DNA of 64,000 bases from Zancudomyces culisetae HAW-14-8. Taxonomy: Eukaryota > Fungi > Kickxellomycota. This document shows, one piece after another, positions 37,259-48,110 of the stretch. The stretch lies in the NCBI GenBank assembly GCA_052426225.1, contig JBNJNM010000006.1:930001-994000 (forward strand). Reading direction: 5' to 3'. Numbering within the stretch: position 1 is the first letter of the stretch; each line of letters opens with the position of its first letter. Both the position numbers and the translations under genes were made by a program. Below the pieces are notes generated by a model. The model was not told the origin of the DNA. It worked only from the letters and a program-made list of their open reading frames with translations, and did not search any database.

Positions 37259-40200
37259 ATGGACAAAGTCACTATATTCGAAAGTGGGAAAGGAATAAAC
37301 GCCGAGGACTGGCTTGAGGACTTTCAACTAATTGCGAAGATTAACAAGTGGGACCCTGAGGATTGGGTCGGGTTAGTTAAGTTGTGGCTAGGCAAGTCTG
37401 AAACAATCTGGTATAAGAGGAACAAGAATAGTTTCACGTCGTGGGAAATATATACTAAGGAGTTCAAAAAGAAATATAGTACAGTGTTTTCTACTAGTGG
37501 AGCATGGACCAGACTTGGAACAATCAAACGAGCAGAGTTTGAAAGTCTGGAGGAGCTAGAAATGGAATTGGAAAAGTTATGGAAACAAGTAGGAATCAAG
37601 GAAGAGGTGACTAAACTTGGTTCACTGGTTAGTACGTTCTCAGATGATATTAGGGAAAGACTTTCAGATAAGGAAGGTTTAGATAGAGAAGCGGTACTTA
37701 AGTTAGTGGCTAAGTTGGAACAAAGTACAAATTGTAGGAGGGATATACAGGCAGCAATTAAGAGTAGTAAGCCAACTACTAAGAACGCTGCTACCCGGTC
37801 AGGCAAGTCGGTAAAAGAATTGACTACGGAAGCTGGGCAGTTTGGAGAGTTTCTCAAAACCTTTCAAGAGCTTAGTGTCAGCCTCTTGGAAAAGTTAGAT
37901 CAAACGGTTGCTTCAACTAAAAAGTGGGGAAGTCAAGCAAAGGTGGAACGTGCAAGCACATGGGAGTGTTATTATTGTCATGAGAAAGGTCACCGGAAGT
38001 TTGAATGTCCACGGTTTCAAAAGGAGCACGAGGAAAAGAAAGTCAATTTTTTATCCATAGGTACTGAACCTACTGAAGTAGACGAAGTACTTATGGTAGA
38101 AAAAAGAAAAGCAACGGATGCGGCTGGTCGAGTTGGAAGACCAGCTAAGATTAGAAATACGGGAGACATGGACGCACAGGAGCTTCGGGCGGAGAGAGTC
38201 ACCCAACCGGAGTCAGGAACGATTGATAGAGTGAAAAAGTTCAATTTGAGGGAAGAGTTGGAGAAAGTCTATCCAAAAATTAGCATGATTCAATTACTTC
38301 AAAATTCGGAAAAAATTGCACAGGATTGGAAAAACATAGTTGAAGTTTCACCGCAGACCGCCCTAAACGAGATAAGAATCCAGGAAAAAGCTACTACAAA
38401 CTGTAGTATGACGGTTGAGATTTACCAGTTACAGTGGAAAGCGGTGGTAGACACAGGGGCGGCATGCTCTGTGATTACTACAGGTGCTTTGAACAAGATT
38501 GGTTTGGAGCCTAACATGAAGAGTTCGCACGTTATTATAACAGCGGACGGGAAACGTCATGAAACTCTAGGTGTGGTGTCAGGTGTACCAATTATGATTA
38601 GTAAAATTGAGTTCGTAGCATCATTGGTGGTGTTGGGAAATATGTCACCAACAATAATATTAGGTATGGATTGGCTTTTAAAACATAAAGCCAGTCTAAA
38701 TCTAGCAGTGCCAGAACTAAGATTACCTGTGGATAGAGCAGAAGTGGTAACACCACTAGTTACTACCAAAGAAGCACATACTGTAGAGGAAACCTGGGAT
38801 TTATATTTTTTCACGGAATCACCAACAGGAATACAAGGTGATGGTGTAGCAGGTTTAGAGGCCTTAGTCCAGGACTATAACGAATTATTTGTAGATGATA
38901 TCGACAAGTTAAAGCAAACAAATGTAGCCGAGCACAGGATAGTACTCACGGATAACAGGCCAATTAAGCAAAGACCGTACAGGATACCGTTTCGTCTACA
39001 AGAAGAAGTAGGAAAAGAAATAGATAGGATGTTAGAGCAAAATGTAATTGCACCTAGTAACTCCGAGTGGTGCTCGCCGGTGGTGGTTGTCCAGAAGAAA
39101 AACGGTAAACTGCGCATCTGCGCAGATTATAGGAAGTTAAACGCAGTTACAGTCAAAGATTCATACCCACTACCGATTATTCAGGATTTGTTTATGGCCT
39201 TGGCTGGTGCGTGCATCTTTACTACTTTAGATGCACTCAGCGGCTTTTGGCAAATAAAAATGTCAGAAGAAGACCGAGAAAAGACGTCATTCGCGTTGCC
39301 GGGAGGGGGGAGTTACCACTATAACGTCATGCCTTTCGGTTTGACAAATAGCCCTTCCACTTTCCAAAGAACAATGGAAACTGTGTTGAAAAAAGTTCTA
39401 TGGAAGAAGGCAGTTGTTTTTGTCGACGACATAATCGTCTTTTCAAAAAGTGCAAGCAGTCATGTAGAAGATCTTAAGGAAGTTTTAGAATTATTAAAAC
39501 AAGGCCAGATACAGTTGCATAAAGATAAATGCAATATAGGGTTAACAGAAATTGATTATTTGGGTCATGTTATTTCGGGTGAAGGTATTGCAACTAGTTC
39601 AACAAAAATTGAAGCCATTTCAAAGTTAAAGTCACCGACATGCATAAAAGAAGTTCAGTCATTTTTGGGGATGACAGGTTATTATCGTAAGTTTATTGAA
39701 AAATATGCTATAATAGCTAACCCACTAACTGCGTTATTAAAGAAAGGAATAAAGTGGAACTGGGGAAAATCTCAAGAAGAAGCATTTTTAGAGTTGAAAA
39801 AAGCGATGACGGAAGCCCCAGTGCTTGCGCACCCAAATTGGGATTATTCTTTTGTGGTTACGACGGACGCTGCAGTTAGTGGAGTTGGAGCAATACTATC
39901 ACAAGTTATTGAAGGAAAAGAAAGACCAGTGGAGTATGCAAGTAGAACAACCAGTAATGCAGAGAAAAATTATTCGATCAGTCACTTGGAGGGGTTGGCG
40001 GTTGTCTGGGCCGTTAAAAAGTTTAAGTTTTATTTATATGGTAGGAAGTTTGTAATAAAAACCGATCATAAAGCATTATTAAATATGTTTAACGGCGAAG
40101 AATTAAGTGGAAGGCTAGCTAGATGGGCTATGTTTCTTAGAAGTTACGAATTCGATATAGAGCATATACCAGGGAAGGTCAATCCTGCTGACCATTTATC

Positions 40201-41554
40201 TCGAAGTAGTCTGATAGAAACAACTGAGGAAGAATCAATTGAAGTCTACAACATTTGGGTAAACGAAGAAAATTTAGTTAGGCAATTTTTATTAGATGGA
40301 ACACTGCCACAAGACGTTTCAGAAGAGTTAGCTGAAAAAATAAAGAAAAAATCTAAGTCATACAAGCAGGTGGATGGCAAAATATACAGGTGGGTTAAGG
40401 GACAATTAAAAGAAGTTTTGACGGCTGAAGAGAGTATAGATATGATCAAGAAGGTTCACGACGATACACACGAGGGTATCGAAAACACTTGGGTAAGAGT
40501 AAGCAGAAATCATTATGCTAAAGGATTGTACAAGCAGGTAGTGGACTATGTTAAGCGGTGTCATGTTTGTCAAGTTTTCAAGGATGGAAGAAGTCGTAAA
40601 CACCCGTTGGTACCAGTGCATGCAGTCAAGCCGTTCGAAATATTCGGTATGGACGCTATCGGTCCTATCAATCCTATTTCAGAGTCAGGAAATCGTTATA
40701 TTCTAACAGCTATAGATTATTGCACGAAATGGCCGATAGCCATTCCCGTAGACAACTTGTTAAGTGAAACTATAGTAGACTTTATAATAAACAATATCGT
40801 TACTTACTACGGTGTACCACAGAAGATAATAACAGATAGGGGTTCGAGCTTTGTCAGCAACGTTACTACCGAGGTATTCAACTGGTTACAGCTGGACCAC
40901 AGTCCTACCACTTCATACCGTCCGCAGAGCAACGGACAGTGTGAAAGATTGAACAAGACGTTAGTAAATTTGTTACAGAAGATATGTAGGAAAGACAAAA
41001 ATAATTGGGATCGTTACCTGTGGAAGGTGTTACTCATCATGAGAACTATGGAGAGCAAGAGTACTGGTTATACACCCGCCGAGATGATGTACGGAACCGA
41101 AATGTGCATTCCCTCGACTTGGAAATCTAATGGTGTAATTGAAGATGAAGTTGAACAAGTTAAAAGTAGATTGGAGCTAATGAAGAGTAACTTACCGCAA
41201 ATAAGAAAAATCGGGGTTCGCAAAGCTGTAGCAGCAAAAGAATCTGAAAAAGTAAGATATAATAAAACCGTTAAATTTACAAAATTTCAAGTTGGAGAAA
41301 AAGTGTTAAAGTTAGTAGAGTATGAAAGAGGAAAGCTTGAAAGTTTATGGGAAGGCCCATATACAGTTATGAAAAGGTTTACTAAGGGGGCTTACTTAAT
41401 CTCAGATCAGTTCGGAAATAGAGATTTAGTCAACGGAGACTTGCTAAAGAAGTACCATGAATCTAAATTTATGATTCCCGAAATTTCAAATCGACTTCGA
41501 CCTAAGTTACTTACCTTTAAACAGGCTCAAAATAATGAGGGCATTATCGCCTAA
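37259..41554 (+). CDS. Gag-Pol polyprotein, 1431 aa
   Basis: CYYCHEKGHRKFEC, VDTGA, FVDD, TDAA, HHCC, GMDAIGP/TDRG/GQCER, WEGPY; no chromodomain. Confidence 0.97.
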   Translation: MDKVTIFESGKGINAEDWLEDFQLIAKINKWDPEDWVGLVKLWLGKSETIWYKRNKNSFTSWEIYTKEFKKKYSTVFSTSGAWTRLGTIKRAEFESLEELEMELEKLWKQVGIKEEVTKLGSLVSTFSDDIRERLSDKEGLDREAVLKLVAKLEQSTNCRRDIQAAIKSSKPTTKNAATRSGKSVKELTTEAGQFGEFLKTFQELSVSLLEKLDQTVASTKKWGSQAKVERASTWECYYCHEKGHRKFECPRFQKEHEEKKVNFLSIGTEPTEVDEVLMVEKRKATDAAGRVGRPAKIRNTGDMDAQELRAERVTQPESGTIDRVKKFNLREELEKVYPKISMIQLLQNSEKIAQDWKNIVEVSPQTALNEIRIQEKATTNCSMTVEIYQLQWKAVVDTGAACSVITTGALNKIGLEPNMKSSHVIITADGKRHETLGVVSGVPIMISKIEFVASLVVLGNMSPTIILGMDWLLKHKASLNLAVPELRLPVDRAEVVTPLVTTKEAHTVEETWDLYFFTESPTGIQGDGVAGLEALVQDYNELFVDDIDKLKQTNVAEHRIVLTDNRPIKQRPYRIPFRLQEEVGKEIDRMLEQNVIAPSNSEWCSPVVVVQKKNGKLRICADYRKLNAVTVKDSYPLPIIQDLFMALAGACIFTTLDALSGFWQIKMSEEDREKTSFALPGGGSYHYNVMPFGLTNSPSTFQRTMETVLKKVLWKKAVVFVDDIIVFSKSASSHVEDLKEVLELLKQGQIQLHKDKCNIGLTEIDYLGHVISGEGIATSSTKIEAISKLKSPTCIKEVQSFLGMTGYYRKFIEKYAIIANPLTALLKKGIKWNWGKSQEEAFLELKKAMTEAPVLAHPNWDYSFVVTTDAAVSGVGAILSQVIEGKERPVEYASRTTSNAEKNYSISHLEGLAVVWAVKKFKFYLYGRKFVIKTDHKALLNMFNGEELSGRLARWAMFLRSYEFDIEHIPGKVNPADHLSRSSLIETTEEESIEVYNIWVNEENLVRQFLLDGTLPQDVSEELAEKIKKKSKSYKQVDGKIYRWVKGQLKEVLTAEESIDMIKKVHDDTHEGIENTWVRVSRNHYAKGLYKQVVDYVKRCHVCQVFKDGRSRKHPLVPVHAVKPFEIFGMDAIGPINPISESGNRYILTAIDYCTKWPIAIPVDNLLSETIVDFIINNIVTYYGVPQKIITDRGSSFVSNVTTEVFNWLQLDHSPTTSYRPQSNGQCERLNKTLVNLLQKICRKDKNNWDRYLWKVLLIMRTMESKSTGYTPAEMMYGTEMCIPSTWKSNGVIEDEVEQVKSRLELMKSNLPQIRKIGVRKAVAAKESEKVRYNKTVKFTKFQVGEKVLKLVEYERGKLESLWEGPYTVMKRFTKGAYLISDQFGNRDLVNGDLLKKYHESKFMIPEISNRLRPKLLTFKQAQNNEGIIA

Positions 41555-41937
41555 AGGGGGAGTGCTGTCGTATAGTACAATAGTACTATGTTTTAGTTTA
41601 GTTTTGTTTATTTTAGTATATTTTTTAGTTCAATTTTATAAAGTTATTTTAGATAGGTTTTATTGGCTAAAATTACGTAAAGGAAAAACAATGAAAATTG
41701 AATCCCTTTAATCGTAATTAGTTTTTATTTAAGGTTTGGTAGAGTTTTTGTGAGAGTTTTATCTATCAGATTTTGTGGTTCACATTAATAAATATTAGAT
41801 TCTAATCACTCAATATATCAGTACAAGTTAATCTTTAAGTGGTATTAGTTATCAAGGATAATACTTACTTAGAGTTACAAATTATATTGTTTTTACATTA
41901 GGTATAAATAAAATTTCTTTATTATACGACAACACAT

Positions 41938-42011
41938 GCTTCCATGGCGCAATTGGTTAGCGCGTCTGACTGTTAATCAGGAGGTTGCTAGTTCAAGCCT
42001 AGCTGGGAGCG
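41938..42011 (+). tRNA. tRNA-Asn(GTT)
   Basis: Acceptor stem GCTTCCA/TGGGAGC, D arm GCGC..GCGC, anticodon arm CTGA-CTGTTAA-TCAG, T loop TTCAAGC; no encoded CCA. Confidence 0.96.
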
Positions 42012-42031
42012 TTTATTTTTTATTTATTTTT
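42012..42031 (+). terminator. Pol III oligo-T terminator
   Basis: T runs immediately after the tRNA. Confidence 0.8.
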
Positions 42032-42586
42032 GTACATTGTAGTATAACGTTTACATACTTTATGCTAGCGAATCAATTCTATTACTAATCAGAATATTAT
42101 TACCAATGAGAGCCTGTGGAATAAATTGTAAAAAAAATAAGATAGTAAAGTGAATAACAAAGCGAATATACAAGAGCGTACAACGAAAATAGCTTTTTTA
42201 CCTTTCTTCACAAAAAATACTTTATATATACGTTTATATAAACTTACTAATAGCAACTAGCACTTGATAATGATATGTTTAATTAGTGTTTTATTATCAT
42301 TATAACATAATATAAGTTATTAAAAACATTTCTATTACGGAAATCAGAACCAGTGAAGTGATCCGAGACCTGAGTATAACTGACACAATCAGTGCTATAC
42401 CAAACTCAGCCATCACATTAGCTGAAAAGTATATCAGATAACTTATAACATCTACAATATATTACAATTGGGGGCTCTGCCGGGAAAGTAATCTCCATAT
42501 ATCTCATTTTGAGGGAGAATTGAATGTTAATATACTAATCAGATTCAATCACAGTAGTACCTCAACGTCAAAGTATACAGATTCAA

Positions 42587-45500
42587 ATGATGGAAAAACC
42601 TGTCATATTTGAGGCTCAAGGTTCTTTTGATCCAAAAGAGTGGATCTACAGGTACAAATTAATAGCTAAAGTAAACAAATGGACTGATACTGATGCTATT
42701 GAATTGATACAACTTTATTTGGGAAAAAAGGAATTACAATGGTATAAGAAAAACATAAAAGAGTTTAAAGACTGGGATTCTCTAGTTACCAAGTTTACAG
42801 AGAAATATTCAAGCAAAGAGATGAACTTTGTTTACTGGAAGAAAATCCAGATGATCAAACAGAAAGATTTTAACTCTATCGAAGACTTTGAGTTGGAGCT
42901 TGAGGAATTGTTTGAGAAGGTACAAGTAACAGATGAAGGTGTCAAATGGAACTGTTTGATGAACGCGCTAAGTGAGAAAAACAAGCGCAAAGTTTTAGAA
43001 TCAGACCATAAGAAGTGGGCAGATACGATCAAGCTCATTAAGAAGTCTGAACAGATCAAAGCCGTAGTAAAACCAAAGCCGCTTAGCTCCAAAGACAGAT
43101 TAAATGAAGCCAGAAAAAGATTTCAGGATAGCAGAGAAAAGTTCGAGCAGCGAAACAAGATGAGAGAAAAGGCGAAGCAGGACAATGACTATAACGACAT
43201 GATGAAGCAGTTTGAGAAGCTAAGTGTTAATGTTATGAATAAAGTAGATGAAGTGGTGGATAGGAGACTAAATAAGACAAGAGGGAGAACATACCACGAT
43301 CGATTTATACCTACGTGCTACCACTGTGGAAGGAAAGGACACCGAAGGTATGAATGCAGACATCTAGTTCAAAGAGATACAGAGGAGGACACAAGCAGCG
43401 AAGATTCAGACGATTTAAACTGCATCGAAGTCGAAGATATCAGTTATGATGAAGTATATGGGGCAGACCGAGTGGATAAAAATAAACCTGCCATCGGACC
43501 CTATAAGAAAAAGGAACATTTAAATAATAATATTAAAAAATTTGAAGTTAAATTAAAAGAAAATAAAATAAAAAATACAAAAGTTATAAAACCAAATAAA
43601 ACAATTAAAGAGATCGAAATGAAGAAAGCACCTACTTTAAGAAGTCGAGAATCGGACCCGAAAGCAAAAGCGTATACAAAGAAGAAATACACGATTAAAG
43701 CGGCAGAAAACACAGACAGTTACTCACTCAAGGAAGATTTAGGAGCGGTATACCCTAAAATTAGTATGATACAATTACTAGAAGCTTCACCAAAACTTGC
43801 AAAGGAAATGGTTAACTTGTGCAAACGGGTAGAGGATAAAGAGGTAAATGAAATAAAATATAAAGAGACAAAAACTAGTAATTGCAAGGTTACCGTGGAA
43901 GTATTTGGACAGGAAGTAAAAACAATTCTGGATACCGGTGCAGCTTGCTCGGTTGCTACGCCAGAGTTAGTCGAAAATTGGGGTCTCGAGGTAGAACGAG
44001 ATACTAGCCAAATGATCATTACTGCAGACGGAAGTAAACATGCATCATTGGGAAAAATACTGGACGTCCCTATAAGGATAGGAAAACAGGTATTCAATGC
44101 CGATCTTACAGTAATGGATAGATACGATCAATCGTTAATATTGGGTACCGACTGGTTAGTCAGACACAAAGCAACAATAGATCTTGAACTATCACAACTA
44201 ATTATTTCAAATGGAGGGTTTTCTGTTCACTTACCGTTAAAAACTTCCAAGGCAACAATACTGACAAGCTACGACGAATCCGAACTTTATGCTATAGTTA
44301 AAGAGAAATACATTGAAGTTGATAATAGTTTAGTAGATACAGATGAGAGAATAATAAAGTTAGTTCAACAGTACTCAGGGATGTTTGTAAACGAATTGGA
44401 AGAATTAAAACAGTCTAACACAGCCGAACACAAAATCATACTTACGGAAGATACTCCAATAAAACAGAGGCCATACAGGATACCTCAGGCAAAATAACAA
44501 CTAGTAAGAAAGGAACTGGAGCTTATGGAACAGCATGGAATTATCTCGCCAGCTTCTTCACCATGGTGTTCACCTGTGGTAGTAGTAACAAAAAAAAATG
44601 GTAAGCTTAGAGTGTGTGCAGATTACAGGAAATTAAATAGTATTACAAAGAAGGATACTTACCCGTTACCTGTCATCGACGACATTTTCATGGCCTTGTC
44701 CGGAGCGACGGTTTTCAGCAGCCTGGACGCTATGTCAGGCTTCTGGCAGATCCCTATGTTTAAAGAAGAAAGAGATAAGACAGCGTTTGCCATTCCCGGA
44801 GGAGGAAGTTATGTATATAATGTAATGCCGTTTGGTTTAACCAACAGTCCGGCTACATTTCAAAGAGTAATGGAAGAGGTCTTACATGATGTTCTATGGT
44901 CCTGTGCAATCGTTTTCGTCGACGATATTATAATCTATTCGAAGGATATGGAACAGCATTTAGAAGATTTAGAAAAAGTGTTTAAGCTATTACAAGGTAG
45001 AAACATTCAACTACACAAAGACAAATGCGTCTTAGGAAAAGATGAAATAACTTACTTAGGGCATACAGTATCAAAGGATGGAATTGGTACCTGCAAAGAT
45101 AAACTAGTGTCAGTAAAGAAATTAGCACCACCTAAAAACGTTAAAGAAGTATAATCAATATTAGGACTAACAGGTTATTATAGGAAGTTTATATATAATT
45201 ATAGTAAAATATGTTTACCATTGACAAATTTACTGAAGAAAGACAAGGAGTGGAAATGGACAGAAACAGAGGATGAAGCATTAAGAAGCCTCAAGAATGC
45301 GTTGTTAGACGCACCAGTGCTAGCTCATCCAGATTGGGAACGAACGTTCATCGTCACGACCGATGCGTCAATCGACGGGATCGGTGCAATAATCTCACAG
45401 AAATATGAATCGGGTGAAAGACCTATTGCATACATAAGTAGAAAAACAACCAAACACGAGAGAAACTACTCCATAAGCCACCTGGAAGGCTTAGCTGTCG

Positions 45501-46984
45501 TTTGGGCGGTTGTTAAGTTTAAATATTATATTTGGGGAAGAAAATTTATTATAAAAACAGATCATAAGAGTTTATTAAACCTGTTTAATGGAAAAGAACT
45601 TACTGGGAGAGTAGCCAGATGGGCCATGCTACTCAGAAACTATGATTACGAGATACAGCACTTGCCGGGCAAAAAGAACCCAGCAGACAGCTTGTCAAGA
45701 CTCTCAATGGAAACGGCGACAGACGAGGAGGAAGATGATGCAGAATATGTCGATCTAAATTGCTTAGAGATAGGTGAATATAATAGAATAATAGATAATT
45801 TAATGACTTCAGATAATTTACTTGAAAACCAGGACGAATCTAGATCAGCCAGCGATGCTCACAGCGGGAAAAGATACATTCTCAAAGACGGTGAATTATA
45901 TATAAAAATCGGAAATACTGAAAAGCAGGTATTAAATACTGATAACGCAAGCGAAGAGATATGTAAAGTGCATTTTGAGACGCACGAAGGCGTAGAAAAC
46001 ACTTTCAAACGAATCAAGCAAAGGTTTTATGGGAAGAATTTATTTAAAATTACACAAGGAGTAGTACAAAGCTGCGAAGTTTGCCAACTATTTAAAGGGA
46101 ACAAGAGTAGAAAAAATTACCTTAATACGGTAGAGGGAAACCGCCCATTCGAGATATGGGGAATCGACGCCATGGGTCCAATTAACCCAGTATCGAAAAA
46201 TGGGAACCGATATATTCTGACTGCTATCGACTACTGCACCAAATGGCCAATAGCAATGCCTGTTCCGAACTTATTAAGTAGCACCATAATTAATTTTATT
46301 GTATATAAAATAGTTATGGACTATGGAGTCCCGACCCAATTAGTTACAGACCAAAATTCAAGTTTCATGTCTGAAGCAACCAAGGCAGTATACAAGTGGT
46401 TAGGCATAAAGCATACACCCACCTCAGGATACCGACCCCAGAGCAACGGACAGGTCGAAAGATTAAACCGATCTATAAAGTCAATAATGTCAAAACAAAT
46501 AGATGAAGACTACCTTAACTGGGATACCTACCTTTGGAAGACACTGCTAATACTGAGGACCCTTAGCAGTAAGACAACTGGCTTCACACCGGCAGAACTA
46601 CTCTATGGTAAGGACCTGACTATGGCACACAACTGGACTCCAGCCAATCTAATCGACACAAGGAACGAGTTAGTGCACCATAGGATCGAATTCCTTAGCA
46701 CTGGATTAAAGGAAATTCGAGAACTAGGTTTGGAAAATTCGAAAGTAAAGAAGTTGAAACAAAAAGGATACTACGATAAAAAAGTTAAAGAAAAATTATT
46801 TAGGAAAAACGACATTGTTTTGAAGTACATTGAAGGCGAAAAAACGAAATTTCAAAGAATTTGGAAAGGACCGTACAAAGTCGAAAAATTTTTGATAAAC
46901 GGAACATACGTAATTGTCAGTAGCGAAGGAAATAGCGAACTAGTCAATGGCGACACTTTAAAATTATTTCACGAATCAAACTAA
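42587..46984 (+). pseudogene. gag-pol of element 6 with two in-frame TAA stops
   Basis: ORFs 42587-44497, 44525-45154 and 45221-46984 share one frame; CCHC, LDTGA, FVDD, RNase H and integrase motifs. Confidence 0.93.
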
Positions 46985-47004
46985 CCAATTAATTATTTAT
47001 TTAC

Positions 47005-47250
47005 TTGAAATGTTCGAAAATTGATAAGATAATATAGAATCATAATAATCGAATTGATAAAAATCAGAAAACACGAAACGACATGATAAAAATCAGAAAA
47101 GACAAAAAATCGAATTGGAAATAAAAATCAGCCAAGACAAAAATCGAATTGAAAAAATCTAATAACAAAAATAATCATAAAGTCAAAAAAGCGAATCGAT
47201 AAAAATCATAAAATTAAACAAAGCTACAACATAAAAATCATAAAATATAA
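47005..47250 (+). repeat. Degenerate short repeats (AATCGAATTG / ATAAAAATCA) in the 3' UTR of element 6
   Basis: Motifs recur at roughly 30-40 bp spacing. Confidence 0.55.
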
Positions 47251-47907
47251 TAATCCAAAAACATTAATATATATTATTATTTTTAACAGTTTTTGGGGCG
47301 CGATTAAAGATATGGAAAACATATAAGAAAAGAAAAAAAGTAACATTTAGAACAAATTGGAACAACGAAATTCGAGAATATCGAAATGAGATTTGAAAAG
47401 CGGAGTATAGGAGATTAGGAATCTAAATTGAAGTTTCGAGATTCGAGATGAGGACACTTCGAAATAAAGTGGGGGGTATTGTAGTATAACGGCTACATAC
47501 TTTTTGTTAGCGAATCAATTGCGATTCCTTAGAAGATAACTACCAATGATAGCTAGCAGAATATATAGTAAAAATGATCTTAGATATTAAAGTGCATAAC
47601 AAACCGAATAAAACAAGAGCGGACAACGAAAATAGCATCTGCAGCCTTTCTAACAAGAATATACTTTACATATACGTATATATATACTTAATAATTGAAA
47701 ATAGCACCTTACTGTTATAGTTTACTTAGCGTTTTATTATTCTTATAATAATAATAAAAATATATATTAACAGTACAAAACGGTCATCAAAACCATTAAG
47801 TGATCCGAGACCTGAGTATAACTACATAATCAGTTCTTACTTAAGTCAGTAATCACATTAGCTGAAAAAATATAACTGATAACTTATATTATCTACAATA
47901 TATTTCA

Positions 47908-48110
47908 GAATTCAGACCAAAAAAAGTGAACAATGGTCCTGTTGTGTTCTTTCCGAGGGAGTATTATAGATAGTGGTTAACTGGCTAGAAATGGTAAATC
48001 CTGTGTCAGTATTAACGACCCTTCTAGGGAACCGTGATTGATATTAGTGGAAATATTTTGGGAAAATCCTATTGAACTAGTAGTAAAAAATGAAAACAAA
48101 TTGATTAAAA
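47908..48110 (+). repeat. Terminal fragment of an element 3-family LTR
   Basis: Reverse complement of about 10607-10790. Confidence 0.85.

Larger units (their letters stand above)
28807..41931. repeat. Central LTR stack: 28807-29173, 29182-29880, 29890-30285, 30290-30776, 30780-31136, 31141-31932, 31937-32299, 32305-32726, 32730-33106, 33114-33493, 33496-34109, 34114-34393, 34394-34810, 34813-35502, about 35505-35914, 35917-36384, 36387-36844, element 5
   Basis: Abutting TG..CA units. 32730-33106 is the element 2 LTR family; 32305-32726 resembles the reverse complement of 55429-55843; 36387-36844 resembles 56272-56723; 35917-36384 resembles 57508-57991. Boundaries at 34-36 kb are approximate. 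Confidence 0.85.
36851..41931 (+). mobile_element. Intact Ty3/gypsy element 5
   Basis: 366-bp LTRs at 36851-37216 and 41566-41931 with no difference seen; TSD ACAC/ACAC; PBS at 37218; polypurine tract AAAGGGGGAG; single uninterrupted ORF. Confidence 0.98.
42038..47907 (+). mobile_element. Ty3/gypsy element 6 with divergent LTRs (42038-42466, 47480-47907)
   Basis: PBS TGGGGGCTCTGCCGGGA (tRNA-Pro type) at 42469; polypurine tract AAAGTGGGGGG; no matching TSD. Confidence 0.93.

Noticed and set aside
44495-45154. Programmed read-through or alternative genetic code at in-frame stops
   Set aside because: Stop positions differ between elements, and intact relatives have sense codons there (EVQS versus EV*S).
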